A DNA stretch of 61,983 nucleotides, the filler included. It is 7 parts of 7 records of this genome, joined end to end, with 100 filler letters (N's around TTAATTAATTAA, not from the genome) between each part and the next. Parts side by side here need not be neighbours in the genome. Positions count along the whole stretch, not along the records: positions 27,023 to 36,668 come from SRR31156797_28273; positions 36,769 to 43,214 come from SRR31156797_28312; positions 43,315 to 50,997 come from SRR31156797_28318; 4 more parts are not named here. The stretch is one strand, 5' to 3'. Shown here piece after piece: positions 31,577-43,775 of the stretch. The position numbers and the translations under genes are program-made. Every line of letters begins with the position of its first letter. The stretch's first letter is position 1. The notes under the pieces are model-generated. The model did not search any database and was not told where the DNA came from. It worked only from the letters and a program-made list of their open reading frames with translations.

Positions 31577-32575
31577 TTAACTTATTTTATGCGTAAGTCG
31601 CTCAATCTCTTTTTTCGGATTGGCATTTTCATATAAAATAGAATACACAGCATCTGAAATGGGCATATTTACACCATGATTTTTATTGATTTCAAAAATA
31701 GAACGCGAAGCAAAATAACCCTCAGCAACCATATTCATATCGAGCATTGCATTTTTAACCGAATATCCTTTTCCAATCATAGTACCGAAAGTACGGTTAC
31801 GGCTGAATTGCGAATACACCGTTACCATTAAATCGCCAAGGTATGCCGAATCTTTTATGTCGCGGGTAATTGGATGGACGGTATCGACAAATCGTTTAAT
31901 TTCCTGGATGGCATTTGATACCAGGGCAGCCTGAAAATTATCGCCATAACGTAATCCGTGTGCAATTCCAGCGGCAATGGCAATAATATTTTTTATTACC
32001 GAAGCATATTCTGTTCCCCAAATATCGTCGGAAACAGAAGTATAGATATAGTTGCAGCTAATTAAGCGGGCAAAATTATCTGCCTTTTCTTCATCCAGAC
32101 TGGCTACGGTTAAATACGACAACCGTTCCAGTGCTACTTCTTCGGCATGGCATGGGCCGGCAATAACACCCATCATTTCAAAAGGTACTTTGAAGTTTTT
32201 ATTCAAATATTCAACAACCAAAAGGTTTTCTTTTGAAACAATACCTTTTATTCCTGATAAAATATATTTACCGCTGAGATCGGTTTTTAGGTTTTTGAGA
32301 ATTGCAGGCAGATAGGCTGAGGGGATGGCAAATACAAGAATGTCAGATTCCTGAATGATAGTATTTATGTTGTTGTAAAAATGGATACGGCTGGTTTCAA
32401 ATTCAACATCTAGTAAATACCGTGGATTATGATCGAGTTGTTTGAAAAGTTCAATGGTTTCCGGTTTTCTGAAAAACCAGTTTATCTCATTTACATTTTC
32501 GAGTAACATTTTTGCAATAGCTGTGGCCCAGCTTCCACTTCCAATTACTGCTACTTTATCTTTTTTAATATTCAT
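31577..32575 (-). CDS. gpsA: NAD(P)H-dependent glycerol-3-phosphate dehydrogenase
   Basis: IGSGSWATA, KGI, GPCHAEEV, KNIIAIAAG, YLGDLMVT.YSQFSRNR, VAEGY. Confidence 0.95.
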   Translation of the reverse strand: MNIKKDKVAVIGSGSWATAIAKMLLENVNEINWFFRKPETIELFKQLDHNPRYLLDVEFETSRIHFYNNINTIIQESDILVFAIPSAYLPAILKNLKTDLSGKYILSGIKGIVSKENLLVVEYLNKNFKVPFEMMGVIAGPCHAEEVALERLSYLTVASLDEEKADNFARLISCNYIYTSVSDDIWGTEYASVIKNIIAIAAGIAHGLRYGDNFQAALVSNAIQEIKRFVDTVHPITRDIKDSAYLGDLMVTVYSQFSRNRTFGTMIGKGYSVKNAMLDMNMVAEGYFASRSIFEINKNHGVNMPISDAVYSILYENANPKKEIERLTHKIS

Positions 32576-32805
32576 CCTTCTCCTTTTCGGTGTGCAAAAG
32601 TAGAAAGTTTTTTTGTTTATTATTCATTCTTTAACTGTTGTGCAATTATTGGAAGTTCTATTCTCCGGTTTTTTTTATTAAAAAGATGGTAGGATTTTTC
32701 TCTTTTTCCCATTTAAATGCTGTAGAATATGGTTTTTGATTGCATTAAAAATTGTAAATTCAGAAATTGAAAATAATCCTGCATATTAAAACTAAACCTA
32801 TTAAA

Positions 32806-34302
32806 ATGCAAAAATATATTCTTTCGATCGATGCCGGAACAACCAGCAACCGGGCTATTCTTTTTAATCATTCTGGTGAAATTGTATGTGTTGCCCAGCA
32901 AGAGTTTGAACAAATTTATCCACAAGCAGGATGGGTCGAACACAATCCAAAAATCATTTGGGAAACGCAATTTAAAGTTGTGCAGGAAGTAATTAATAAC
33001 GCTGGAATTTCTCCGTCGGAAATTGCCGGAATTGGAATTACCAATCAGCGCGAAACAACCATTGTTTGGAACCGTGAAACAGGAGAACCGGTTTATAATG
33101 CAATAGTGTGGCAAGACCGGAGAACTGCTGGTATATGCGATGAAATGAAAGCAAAGAATTTGGAAAAACTGGTTGCCGGCAAAACAGGATTGGTTATCGA
33201 CGCTTATTTTTCCGGAACAAAAATAAAATGGATTTTAGATAATGTAAAAGGTGCCCGGGAATTGGCAAATGCCGGGAAACTGGCATTTGGAACCGTTGAT
33301 ACCTGGCTTGTCTGGAAATTAACAAATGGGCGATTACATGTTACCGATGTTAGTAATGCAAGCCGGACATTAATCTATAATATTCATCAATTAAAATGGG
33401 ATAATGAATTACTGGAAATTTTGGATATTCCGGCCAATATTCTTCCTGAAGTAAAACCCTCCAGTGAATTATACGGATATACAACAAAAGAAATATTTGG
33501 AACAGAAATTCCGGTTTCTGGAATCGCCGGAGATCAGCAGGCAGCGCTTTTCGGCCAGATGTGTGTCGAAAAAGGAATGGTGAAAAATACGTATGGAACA
33601 GGTTGTTTTGTGGTAATGAATACAGGGGAAAAGCCAATTGTTTCAAAAAATAAACTCCTTACCACAATCGGGTGGCAGATTGGCGACAACGTAACTTATG
33701 CGCTTGAAGGAAGCATTTTTATTGGTGGTGCAGTTGTACAGTGGTTGCGCGATCAGCTGGGAATAATACAATCATCATCGGAAATTGAGCCACTGGCGAA
33801 GCAGGTTGAAAACAATGGCGGTGTTTCTTTTGTGCAGGGATTTGTTGGGCTGGGAGCACCACATTGGGACCAATATGCAACAGGTGCAATTATTGGGTTA
33901 AGCAGGGGAACCGGAAAAGCTCACATTGCCCGCGCAGCTCTTGAAGCCATTGCTTTTCGTTCAATGGAAGTAATAAACACTATGGTTGATGATTCTGGAA
34001 TTGAATTAAATGAACTTCGGGTAGATGGTGGGGCTGCAATAAATAATTTGCTTATGCAAATTCAAAGCGATTCAATAAATACAAAAGTAGTTCGGCCAAA
34101 AGTTACAGAAACAACCGCATTGGGTGCTGCATACCTGGCCGGATTGGCTGTTGGATTTTGGAAAAACCTGGATGAGATAAAAACGCAATGGCAGGTAGAT
34201 AGAATTTTTGAACCCGTTTCAGACAAAACACAAATAACAAAAACAATAAAAGATTGGAAAAAAGCAGTTGAAAGAAGCAAGCACTGGTACGACTCACATT
34301 AG
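32806..34302 (+). CDS. glpK: Glycerol kinase
   Basis: [54 protein letters not shown]. Start is the ATG at 32806. Confidence 0.97.
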   Translation: MQKYILSIDAGTTSNRAILFNHSGEIVCVAQQEFEQIYPQAGWVEHNPKIIWETQFKVVQEVINNAGISPSEIAGIGITNQRETTIVWNRETGEPVYNAIVWQDRRTAGICDEMKAKNLEKLVAGKTGLVIDAYFSGTKIKWILDNVKGARELANAGKLAFGTVDTWLVWKLTNGRLHVTDVSNASRTLIYNIHQLKWDNELLEILDIPANILPEVKPSSELYGYTTKEIFGTEIPVSGIAGDQQAALFGQMCVEKGMVKNTYGTGCFVVMNTGEKPIVSKNKLLTTIGWQIGDNVTYALEGSIFIGGAVVQWLRDQLGIIQSSSEIEPLAKQVENNGGVSFVQGFVGLGAPHWDQYATGAIIGLSRGTGKAHIARAALEAIAFRSMEVINTMVDDSGIELNELRVDGGAAINNLLMQIQSDSINTKVVRPKVTETTALGAAYLAGLAVGFWKNLDEIKTQWQVDRIFEPVSDKTQITKTIKDWKKAVERSKHWYDSH

Positions 34303-34334
34303 CACAATACCCTGAAATTAAAAACACAATTAAA

Positions 34335-35903
34335 ATGAAAAGGAAAGCGATTCTGAAAAAGATAAAAGAAGGCAAAAAGGAATGGGATATAATTATTATC
34401 GGAGGCGGAGCAACCGGCTTAGGTTGTGCTGTCGACGCGGCTTCGAGGGGATATAAAACATTACTGTTGGAGCAGGTCGATTTTTCAAAAGGAACTTCAA
34501 GCCGGAGTACAAAACTTGTACATGGCGGTGTGCGTTATCTGCAGCAAGGCGATGTTTCATTGGTATTTGAAGCCTTGCAGGAACGCGGATTAATGTTTAA
34601 AAATGCTCCTCACCTTGTTACTAATCAATCTTTTATAATTCCAACCTATGAATGGTGGGGAGGGCCTTTTTATACGGTCGGATTAAAAGTGTATGATTTT
34701 ATGGCCGGTAAACTCGGACTTGGCCCTTCAAAACATTTGTCGCTTGAAGAAGCAATTGAAGCAATTCCAACGGTTGAACAGGAAGGTCTAAAAGGTGGGG
34801 TAATCTACCAGGATGGGCAGTTTGACGATTCAAGAATGGCAATTAGCCTGGCACAAACAAGTGAAGATTACGGAGGAACGGTACTAAATTATTGTAAAGT
34901 TACCGGATTGCTTAAAGATGGTGAATTAATAACTGGAGTTAACGCTGTCGATCAGGAATCAGGGGAAGAGATGAAAATAAAATCGAAAGTAGTAATAAAC
35001 GCAACCGGCGTGTTTGCCGATGAAGTTATTCAAATGGATGAACCCGGGAAAAAAGATATGATTACGCCAAGTCAGGGAATTCATATAATTCTCGATAAAG
35101 AATTTCTACCCAATAAATTTGCAATTATGGTCCCGCATACTTCCGATGGTCGAGTCATGTTTGCGGTTCCCTGGCACGATCATGTAGTTGTTGGTACTAC
35201 CGATACTTTAATTGAAAATCATTCGCTTGAACCTGTTGCGTTAGAGTCGGAAATAGATTTTGTTTTGGAAACAGCAGGTCAATATCTGGTTAAACAACCT
35301 ACAAGAAAAGATGTATTGAGTGTTTTTGCCGGATTACGGCCATTGGCAAAACCAGAAGATGAGAAAAAGGCCACAAAGGAAATTTCCCGCGGGCATAAAA
35401 TATTAATTTCCATCTCAGGATTAATAACCATTATTGGAGGAAAGTGGACAACTTACCGAAAAATGGCAGAAGATACTATTGAAAAAGCAATTATGCTTGG
35501 CGGACTTCCGGAACGGGAATGTATTACCAAACATTTACCAATTCATGGCTTTAGAATGGATATTGATCCATACAATGATCCCCTTGCTCCTTATGGTTTA
35601 GACAAAGAAGAAGTGTTGGCTCTTGGCGAGGAGGATGAAGATTGGAGTGGCATGTTAAGCGAGAAATTACATATCTGGAAATCGCAGGTAGCCTGGGCGG
35701 TGCGCAACGAAATGGCGCGAACCGTTGAAGATATGCTTGCCCGAAGAACACGTGCCTTATTTCTGGATGCCCGGGAAAGTATCAGAATTGCACCGGAAGT
35801 AGCCCGGTTAATGGCTAAAGTGTTAAAAAAAGATGAGATATGGATAAAGCAGCAAATTGAAGACTTTAAAATGGTGGCTAAAAATTATTTTTTTGAAGTA
35901 TAA
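34335..35903 (+). CDS. glpD: FAD-dependent glycerol-3-phosphate dehydrogenase/oxidase
   Basis: IIGGGATG, GTSSRSTKLVHGGVRYL, GGKWTTYRKMAE, LARRTR. Confidence 0.95.
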   Translation: MKRKAILKKIKEGKKEWDIIIIGGGATGLGCAVDAASRGYKTLLLEQVDFSKGTSSRSTKLVHGGVRYLQQGDVSLVFEALQERGLMFKNAPHLVTNQSFIIPTYEWWGGPFYTVGLKVYDFMAGKLGLGPSKHLSLEEAIEAIPTVEQEGLKGGVIYQDGQFDDSRMAISLAQTSEDYGGTVLNYCKVTGLLKDGELITGVNAVDQESGEEMKIKSKVVINATGVFADEVIQMDEPGKKDMITPSQGIHIILDKEFLPNKFAIMVPHTSDGRVMFAVPWHDHVVVGTTDTLIENHSLEPVALESEIDFVLETAGQYLVKQPTRKDVLSVFAGLRPLAKPEDEKKATKEISRGHKILISISGLITIIGGKWTTYRKMAEDTIEKAIMLGGLPERECITKHLPIHGFRMDIDPYNDPLAPYGLDKEEVLALGEEDEDWSGMLSEKLHIWKSQVAWAVRNEMARTVEDMLARRTRALFLDARESIRIAPEVARLMAKVLKKDEIWIKQQIEDFKMVAKNYFFEV

Positions 35904-35915
35904 AACTTAATAACA

Positions 35916-36668
35916 ATGATTGAATATTTTGGTGAATTTATTGGCACTTTTATTTTAATTCTTTTAGGAAATGGTGTTGTGGCCAATGTTAATCTCGATA
36001 AAACATACAGTCAGGGTGCCGGCTGGATAGTAATAACAGCAGGTTGGGGAATGGCAGTCTTTGTGGCTGTTCTGGCTACGGCCGATTTAAGTGGAGCACA
36101 TCTTAATCCGGCGGTAACTTTAGGATTAGCTTTTAGTGGATTGTTTGAATGGATAAAAGTTGTTCCTTTTATTTTAGCTCAAATTGTTGGAGCTATGTTT
36201 GGTGCAACGGTGGTTTACATCTTTTTCAGGAATCATTTTTCTGTTACTGCAGCTCCGGGGGCAAAAAAAGCCTGTTTTTGCACAGCCCCGGCAATCAGGA
36301 ATTACCGAAGTAACTTTTTCTCTGAAGTGGTGGGCACCTTTATTTTAGTTTTTGCCGTTTTGCTCATTTCTTTGCCTCAGCTCGAATACGAGAATTTAGG
36401 AAGTGCAAAAGTTGGAATGGGCTCATTGGGAGCACTGCCAGTGGCACTGGTTGTTTTTTCAATCGGTATGAGTTTGGGTGGAACAACGGGGTATGCTATA
36501 AATCCGGCCCGCGATTTTGGCCCGCGAATTATTCATACTTTGCTGCCGTTTAAAAATAAAGATGATAATGATTGGAAGTATGCATGGATACCATTTTTTG
36601 GCCCTGTTACAGGGGCAGGAATAGCTGCTTTATTGTACTTATTAATTATGAATATGTGCGATTGTTTT
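35916..36668 (+). CDS. glpF: Glycerol uptake facilitator (aquaglyceroporin), 3' end at contig edge
   Basis: SGAHLNPAVT and GYAINPARDFGPR motifs; located in the glp operon. Confidence 0.92.
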
Positions 36669-36768
36669 NNNNNNNNNNNNNNNNNNNNNNNNNNNNNNNN
36701 NNNNNNNNNNNNTTAATTAATTAANNNNNNNNNNNNNNNNNNNNNNNNNNNNNNNNNNNNNNNNNNNN
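36669..36768. other. Artificial contig linker
   Basis: N44-TTAATTAATTAA-N44. Confidence 0.99.
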
Positions 36769-36985
36769 TCCTGCCCGCGAAAGTGTAACACTGGTTTGCC
36801 CGGATTACAGCAATGATAGCCATTTCGAAGTTGAAATTGTAAATGCCGGTGGAGAGTTGGTTGAAAAAGTTCAACTAACGGCACATTCAACCAGTATCAA
36901 TCTGGATCGCTTTACCAGTGGCGTGTATTTTGTGAAGATCACTTCGCAGAAATCGTCCGTTGTTGAAAAACTGATTATAGAATAA
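36769..36985 (+). CDS. C-terminal T9SS type A sorting domain of a truncated gene
   Basis: Manual translation from 36770: PARESVTL...EIVNAGGELV...INLDRFTSGVYFVKITSQKSSVVEKLIIE*. Confidence 0.85.
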
Positions 36986-36996
36986 TTTTCTTTTTG

Positions 36997-37035
36997 AAGC
37001 ATTCCGGGTTCTGTTCAGAGTCCGGAATGCTTTTT
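36997..37035 (+). terminator. Intrinsic terminator
   Basis: AAGCATTCCGG...CCGGAATGCTT hairpin followed by a T run. Confidence 0.8.
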
Positions 37036-37123
37036 AATACGTTATAAAACCCCTTGGAATTTATTTGAATGATTACACCCTTTGGATTTAAAACAAAATT
37101 ATAGTTGAAAAATTGAAATATTA

Positions 37124-40100
37124 ATGCTTATGAGATCTTTACTTTTTTTATTTGTTCTTACCTTTTCTATTGTGCTACAGGCACAACAACAAAAATCAAC
37201 GACAGATGAATTTTATCCTGACCGGGTTATCGTTAAATTCAAAGGAGATAAAAAGTCGAATAAGATTCAGCAATTCAGAAATGAATTGAGTGCTGAACTT
37301 AATGTAATAAAATCAAAAACCATTAATTTGGTAGATGCAGAGGTATGGGATCTCGATGGGCAGGAAATCCTATCTGTTGTAGAAAAGTGGAAAACAGACC
37401 CGCGTATTCAATACATCCAGCCGGATTATTATTTTAATCCAACCCCTCTGGCGGTCCCCAATGATCCTTCATACGGTTTGCAGTGGGATATGGATAAAAT
37501 TCAGGCTCCTGATGCCTGGGATATCAATACCGGCAATGATATCATCGTAGCCATTTTTGATTCAGGTGTTGATGCAGACCATGAAGATCTGGCAGCCAAC
37601 ATGTGGACAAATCCAGGAGAAACTCCAGGAAATAACATTGACGATGATAACAACGGCATCATCGATGATGTACACGGTTATAATGCAGCCTTTAATACCG
37701 GTGATATAGAAGATGGCACTGGCCACGGTACCCGCTGTGCTGGAATTATAGGCGCAGTTGGGAATAACAGTGTTGGAGTTGCCGGTGTGAATTGGAATGT
37801 AAAAATTATGTCGATTAAGGTTTTTGACGGTGCAACTGAATCTCAGATAGCAGATGCTTATGGCTATGCGGTAACGATGGGTGCTAAGGTTACCAATCAT
37901 AGTTATATTTTCCCAGATTATAGCCAGGTTTTGTATGATGCTGTGCAAGCCGCAGGAAATGCCGGAGTTTTATTTGTTGCCGGCAATAGCAATTCAAGCG
38001 GACAATCAGGTGTGAATTATCCGGCATTTTTTGATCTCGACAATATCATATCGGTTACCTCAACTGATGAGAATGATGACCTGGCGCGTTCGTATGATGC
38101 GACATTCATTGATTTGGGAGCTCCTGGAGAAAATATTTATACAACAACCAGTGGCAACGGTTATAATTCAGGCTCTGGCACATCATATGCCACTCCTCAT
38201 GTTACAGGTGCTGCAGCCCTTATCTGGTCCCAATATCCAGGTTTAACAAATGCTGAGGTTAAAGCAAAGATCTTGGACAATGTTGATCCACTGGCTTCAT
38301 TGGCAGGAAAAACAGTTACAGGTGGAAGGTTAAACCTTTTCAATGCCCTTGCCAATATTTGCCCTGGTAACATTTCACTCAACTCCCAGGCCGCTGTAAA
38401 TGCATTCACATGTAACGAGGTTACAGGTATTCTCACGATACAGGGTGCAGATATTACAGACCTCAGCCCGCTGTCTTCCCTTTCTTTGGTTGGAGGAAGC
38501 CTTTACATCCAAAACAATACTGCATTAACCAATCTGGATGGGTTATCTTCCCTGGCTTCGGTTGGAGATTCTGTGCTTATCATAAATAATACTGTTTTAA
38601 CCAATCTGGATAGTTTATCTTCACTGGCCTCAGTTGGAGGAGTATTTTTAGTTTCTAATAATGCTGTATTATCTGAATTCTGTGGCTTATACCATCTGTT
38701 GAATGATGGAGTGATTTCAGGTTTTTTTGCTGCTTTTGGCAATGCCTCAAACCCCACGCAGCAGGATATTATCGATGGCGGGCCTTGTGTAGAATGCCCT
38801 GAGCCTTCTGATCTGATGGCATCAAATATTACAGCCGCATCAGCTGATTTGAGCTGGACTGAGAATGGTTCATCAACCTCATGGCAAATCAGGTTAGGCC
38901 TTACAGGTTTTGATACCACAGGTGTTTTACCAGAGGTTACTGCATCAAATCCATATCCTGCAACAGGACTAAATCCAGACACCAATTATGATTTTTATGT
39001 GCGCTCGGTTTGTGATGGGTCCGAATTCTCTGGTTGGGTTGGTCCTTATACCTTTGAGACAAGTTGTGCACCTCCAATAGCTGTTTGCCAAAACATCACA
39101 GTTTATCTGGATGGAGCCGGAAATGCAACTATTTCACCGGCAGATGTTGATGCAGGGTCCTCAGCAGACTGCGGTTTGGCAAGTTCTTCTGTTTTTCCAG
39201 CTTTTTTCAACTGTGATGATATTGGGGCCAACACTGCAGTTTTCCAGGTTACAGATGTATATGGAGCAACGGATACCTGTCATGCTATCGTAACAGTAGC
39301 CGACACCACTTCTCCAAATGCAGTATGCCAGAATGTTTGGCTTTATCTTGATGCAGCGGGGAATGCAACAATTACTCCAGGCGATCTGAATGGTGGTTCA
39401 ACCGACAATTGCGGAATTCCAACACTATCAGCTTCACAAACATTATTTACCTGTGCCGATATTGGTGCAAACAATGTTACCCTCACCGCTACCGATGGTA
39501 GCGGCAACCAGTCCAGCTGTGTTTCGGTAGTCACTGTTGCAGATACAACTTCACCTGTAGCTGTTTGTAAGAATATTGAAGCCTTTTTAGATGGGAATGG
39601 ATTTGCTGTCATCAGCGGGGGGGACATCGACGGAGGATCAACTGATAACTGTGGTATTGCAAGTTTATCTGTATCCCCAAACTTATTTACCTGCTCCGAC
39701 CTGGGGCCCCAGAATGTGACCCTTACCGTTACTGATGAAAGTGGTAACTCTGCTGAGTGTATTGCTGAGGTTATTGTTCGGGATAATATTCCTCCACAGA
39801 TAAATTGCGTAGCACCTGCTTTGGTTAGCAATGATCCGGGCCAATGCGGAGCATATATAGTTGTTCCGGTTCCATCTACCTTTGATAATTGTTCGGTACA
39901 AACCCTGACCAATGATTATAACAACACCAGCAATGCAAGTGACTTTTATCCGGTTGGAAATACCTACGTTGAATGGACTGTAAATGATCAATCAGGAAAT
40001 TCTGATAATTGTGTTTACCTTGTCCGGGTTATCGATGCTGAGTCTCCAACAATCGATTGTCCGGCGGATATTACGGTTAACATCGATCCCACACTTACTG

Positions 40101-43100
40101 GCAGTGTTGTAAACTTTAACACGCTATTCAGCGACAACTGCCCGGGCGCTACCCTGGAGTGCGTTCCACCTTCCGGCAGCTTTTTTAACACAGGAACTAC
40201 AGCGGTTTCATGCACTGTAACAGATGCCGCTGGAAATCCGGCCTCATGTTCATTTTCTGTAACTGTAACTCCTGAAATAGAACTTGTTTATGCTGATGAT
40301 GATGCCACAGGATTAAACAACGGCACCAGTTGGGATGATGCGTTTAATGACCTACAGGATGCATTAACACTCGCAGAAACAAATCCCTTTGTTACCCAAA
40401 TCTGGGTAGCTGCCGGAACCTATTACCCGGATCAGGGAAATGGATACACAGATAACGACCGCACCCATTCCTTTGTCATGCAAAACAACCTGGCTATTTA
40501 CGGTGGTTTTGAAGGAACAGAAGATCCGTTAACATTCAACCTGGCTGACCGTGCTTTTGCTACCAACGAAACCATACTCAGCGGAGATTTGCTGGGTGAT
40601 GATGGTCCTGATTTTGCCAATTATGGCGATAATAGCTATACTGTTATTTTTTCGGGCACAGGAACAGATGCAACTGCTATCCTGGATGGATTTACTGTCA
40701 CCGGTGGTTCCGCCGATGATAACTCATTTGGGATAACCCCAGTTACCAATGGAGGTGGGATGTTCAATGAAATGAATGCTTCACCATCCATTACAAATTG
40801 CTCTTTTAACAACAACTATGCTAATTGGGCTGGGGCTATGTTAATTGGAGAAGGATCAAATCCGATACTCAACAACTGTACTTTTTCACATAATACCGCC
40901 AAAGGTGGCGGGGCCATATCTTCCTACTTGTCAACTTCAACGCTTACTGATTGTATATTTGAGGGTAACTCAGCTACTGATGGAATCGGACTTACATTTG
41001 GCGGAGCAGTTCGTGTTGTAGGTTCTGAGTCATCTTCTACTTCGCTCAAATTTATAAGATGTAACTTCATCGAAAATACTGCTTTCGGAGGTGGTGGTGC
41101 AATTAATTCATCCGGAGGCAATTCGGATGATTTTCCAATGACCTTTGATAATTGTACATTTACACAAAATATTTGCTATGATGGGAGTAATTATGGTACC
41201 GGTGGTGCTTTTCAGCAAAGTGATGCGGCTGCTCAGGCCGTTTTTACCAATTGTCTGTTTGATGGCAACAAAGCACTGGGTGATATTGATGACGGTGGCG
41301 GAGCCATTATGATATACGGCGGTTTAATTACTTTGATTAATTCAACCATTGTAAATAGTGAAAGTGCCGCTCAGGGAGCTGCTGTAAGTATTGGCAGTAA
41401 TACCGGATCACTAATTATCAAAAACTCCATATTATGGAATAATACAGCAGTAAATGATAACCTTATCTCCAATTTTTGGGGTGGATTAGCCAATATTGAA
41501 TACAGCCTGTTGCAGGATGCCTGCCCTCCAAATGTGAACTGCGGGGATGGTATGATTTACAACATGGATCCATTGTTTGCTGATGCTAACGATTTTCATT
41601 TACAGGCCTGCTCTCCGGCAATCAATACCGGCGATAATACTGCAGTTCCCGCAGGCATTACCACCGACCTGGATGGAAACCCGCGTTTTTATGATAGCGG
41701 AACTGTGGATATGGGTGCTTACGAATACCAGGGTGATTTTGCACCTTGTTGTGCCAATCCAAGCGATGGCGGCACGATAGCCGATAATCAAACAATATGC
41801 TTTGGAACTACTCCAAATAGCCTTACCAGTTCTGCACTGCCAAGTGGCCATACAGGCACAATCGAATACAAATGGCAGCAATCAACTACAAATGTTTCAA
41901 GCGGATTTTCTGATATTTCGTCAAGTAATTCTGCCGAATATTCACCAGGCAGCCTTACCGCCACTACTTGGTACAAGCGCCTTGCCCGAGTCGAATGCGA
42001 AACCGACTGGACAGGAGCTGTTGAATCGAATGTGGTGCAGGTGGATGTTAATCCACTTCCCATCGCAATCATATCCAACATCATAGACAACTTTGAAGAC
42101 GGCCTTCCTACAGGCATAGATGGTGTTGGCAATGACATCGGCTTTATAACCTGGGGCGACTTCTGGTCGGGGACAACCGTGGCCATTACTACCACATCGG
42201 TTCCCGACACCGACCCACTGGCTCTGCCCGGCCAGTCTGGCAACAACCAACTGCTCAAGTTTGAGGCCAACGTCATCGGCTGGGGCGGCCTGACTCACGC
42301 CTTTGAGAACGAGGACGTAGATACCTGGGTCACACAAGATTGGAGCAGCTACGAGGGGATTGCCTTCTGGCTGTTCGGCCAAAACACCGGTAACGAACTC
42401 CTCTTTGAGATTCATGACAACCGCAACCCCGGATCCACCATATCTGACACAGAAATTTGGAGCCACGCCTTCGTGGACGATTTCTCCGGCTGGAGGCTGT
42501 TTGTCCTTAACTTTGACGATGATTTCATCCGCAAAGATATTGGCAACGGCGCGCCCAACGATGGCTTTGGCCGGGACGAGGTGCATGGCTTGGCTTTCGC
42601 TACGCTGACCACCGGCGGCGCATCTGTTACCTACTATCTGGACAATGTGATGGTTTACGGCAACACCGGCAGCGTCACTATTTGTGAAACCGGTTCACAT
42701 CAGGTTAGCGGAGCCAATGCAGCTCACGGAACCATTCTGTGGACGCACGATGGAACAGGCACACTGCTTGATGAAACCACATTAACACCTACCTACAATG
42801 CAGCCGCAGGCGATGCAGGCAAAACGGTAACACTTACCATGACTGTCACCGGCAACAATGTATGCGTTACTTCTACGGCAACGGCAGCAGCGAATATCAC
42901 TATTAACCCTACCCGTTTGTATGTCACCGAGTCGGGCGCGGGAATTATGGATGGAAGCAGTTGGGTAAATGCAATCGATGGAAATCAACTGCAAACGGCC
43001 ATCAATGCCCAGTGTGTAACTGAAATATGGGTAGCTGCAGGAACCTATTATCCTGATGAAGGAATTGGCTACACCGATAACAATCGTTCCCATTCATTCG

Positions 43101-43214
43101 TCATGAAAAACAACCTGGCCATTTATGGTGGTTTTGATGGTACGGAAGATCCTTTAACCTTCGATTTGAATGACCGCGACTTTGTGGCCAATGAAACCAT
43201 CCTGAGCGGGGATA
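37124..43214 (+). CDS. Giant modular S8 subtilase (prodomain, S8, L-domain/LRR, FN3, HYR-like repeats, parallel beta-helix, CBM-like domain), 3'-truncated
   Basis: Catalytic triad motifs VAIFDSG, GHGTRCAG, SGTSYATPHV; NLDGLSSL repeats; DTTSPxAVC/HYR repeats; WVAAGTYYP...AIYGGF; DLDGNPR...VDMGAYE. Confidence 0.9.
40400..43213 (+). repeat. Intragenic duplication (about 40400-40589 and 43025-43213)
   Basis: IWVAAGTYYPDQGNGYTDNDRTHSFVMQNNLAIYGGFEGTEDPLTF...NETILSGD versus IWVAAGTYYPDEGIGYTDNNRSHSFVMKNNLAIYGGFDGTEDPLTF...NETILSGD. Confidence 0.9.
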
Positions 43215-43314
43215 NNNNNNNNNNNNNNNNNNNNNNNNNNNNNNNNNNNNNNNNNNNNTTAATTAATTAANNNNNNNNNNNNNNNNNNNNNNNNNNNNNN
43301 NNNNNNNNNNNNNN
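43215..43314. other. Artificial contig linker
   Basis: N44-TTAATTAATTAA-N44. Confidence 0.99.
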
Positions 43315-43765
43315 GGCATTTTGTGATGGCCAGATATTACCAATTAATCAGAATCAATCCTTGTATTCGCTGTTAGGTACCAACTATGGCGGAGACGGAA
43401 GATCCACTTTCGGATTGCCCGACCTGCGCGGTCGTGCCCCTGCGCACAGGGGAGACTACTACCAGTTGGCCCAAAAAGGCGGCTCAGAAACCGTCCCCCT
43501 GAACACGACCCAGCTGCCCTCCCACACCCACACCTTCAGTGCATCCTCAGCCCAGGCCGATAAACCGAACATAGGTAAAAAGGGTAGCAAAAGAACCTTC
43601 GGCACCACCAGCGCACCTCAAAACTATGGTCCGGCAGCAGCCATGGTCGCCATGGGTCAGCACCTTGACACCACCGGCGCAGATCAGCCACACGAAAATA
43701 TGCAACCCACCCTTACCATTGCATTTTGTATTGCATTGCAGGGACTTTTCCCATCAAGAAATTAA
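43315..43765 (+). CDS. Phage tail-collar domain protein (microcystin-dependent protein-like), copy 1, 5'-truncated
   Basis: AFCDGQILPINQNQSLYSLLGTNYGGDGRSTFGLPDLRGR...PSHTH...PHENMQP...FCIALQGLFPSRN. Confidence 0.9.
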
Positions 43766-43775
43766 GGAGTCAAAC

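Noticed and set aside
43626-43775. ORF-track N-terminal extension of collar copy 2 overlapping copy 1
   Set aside because: A GTG at 43776 with an AAGGAG site aligns with the start of copy 3, so the extension is spurious.
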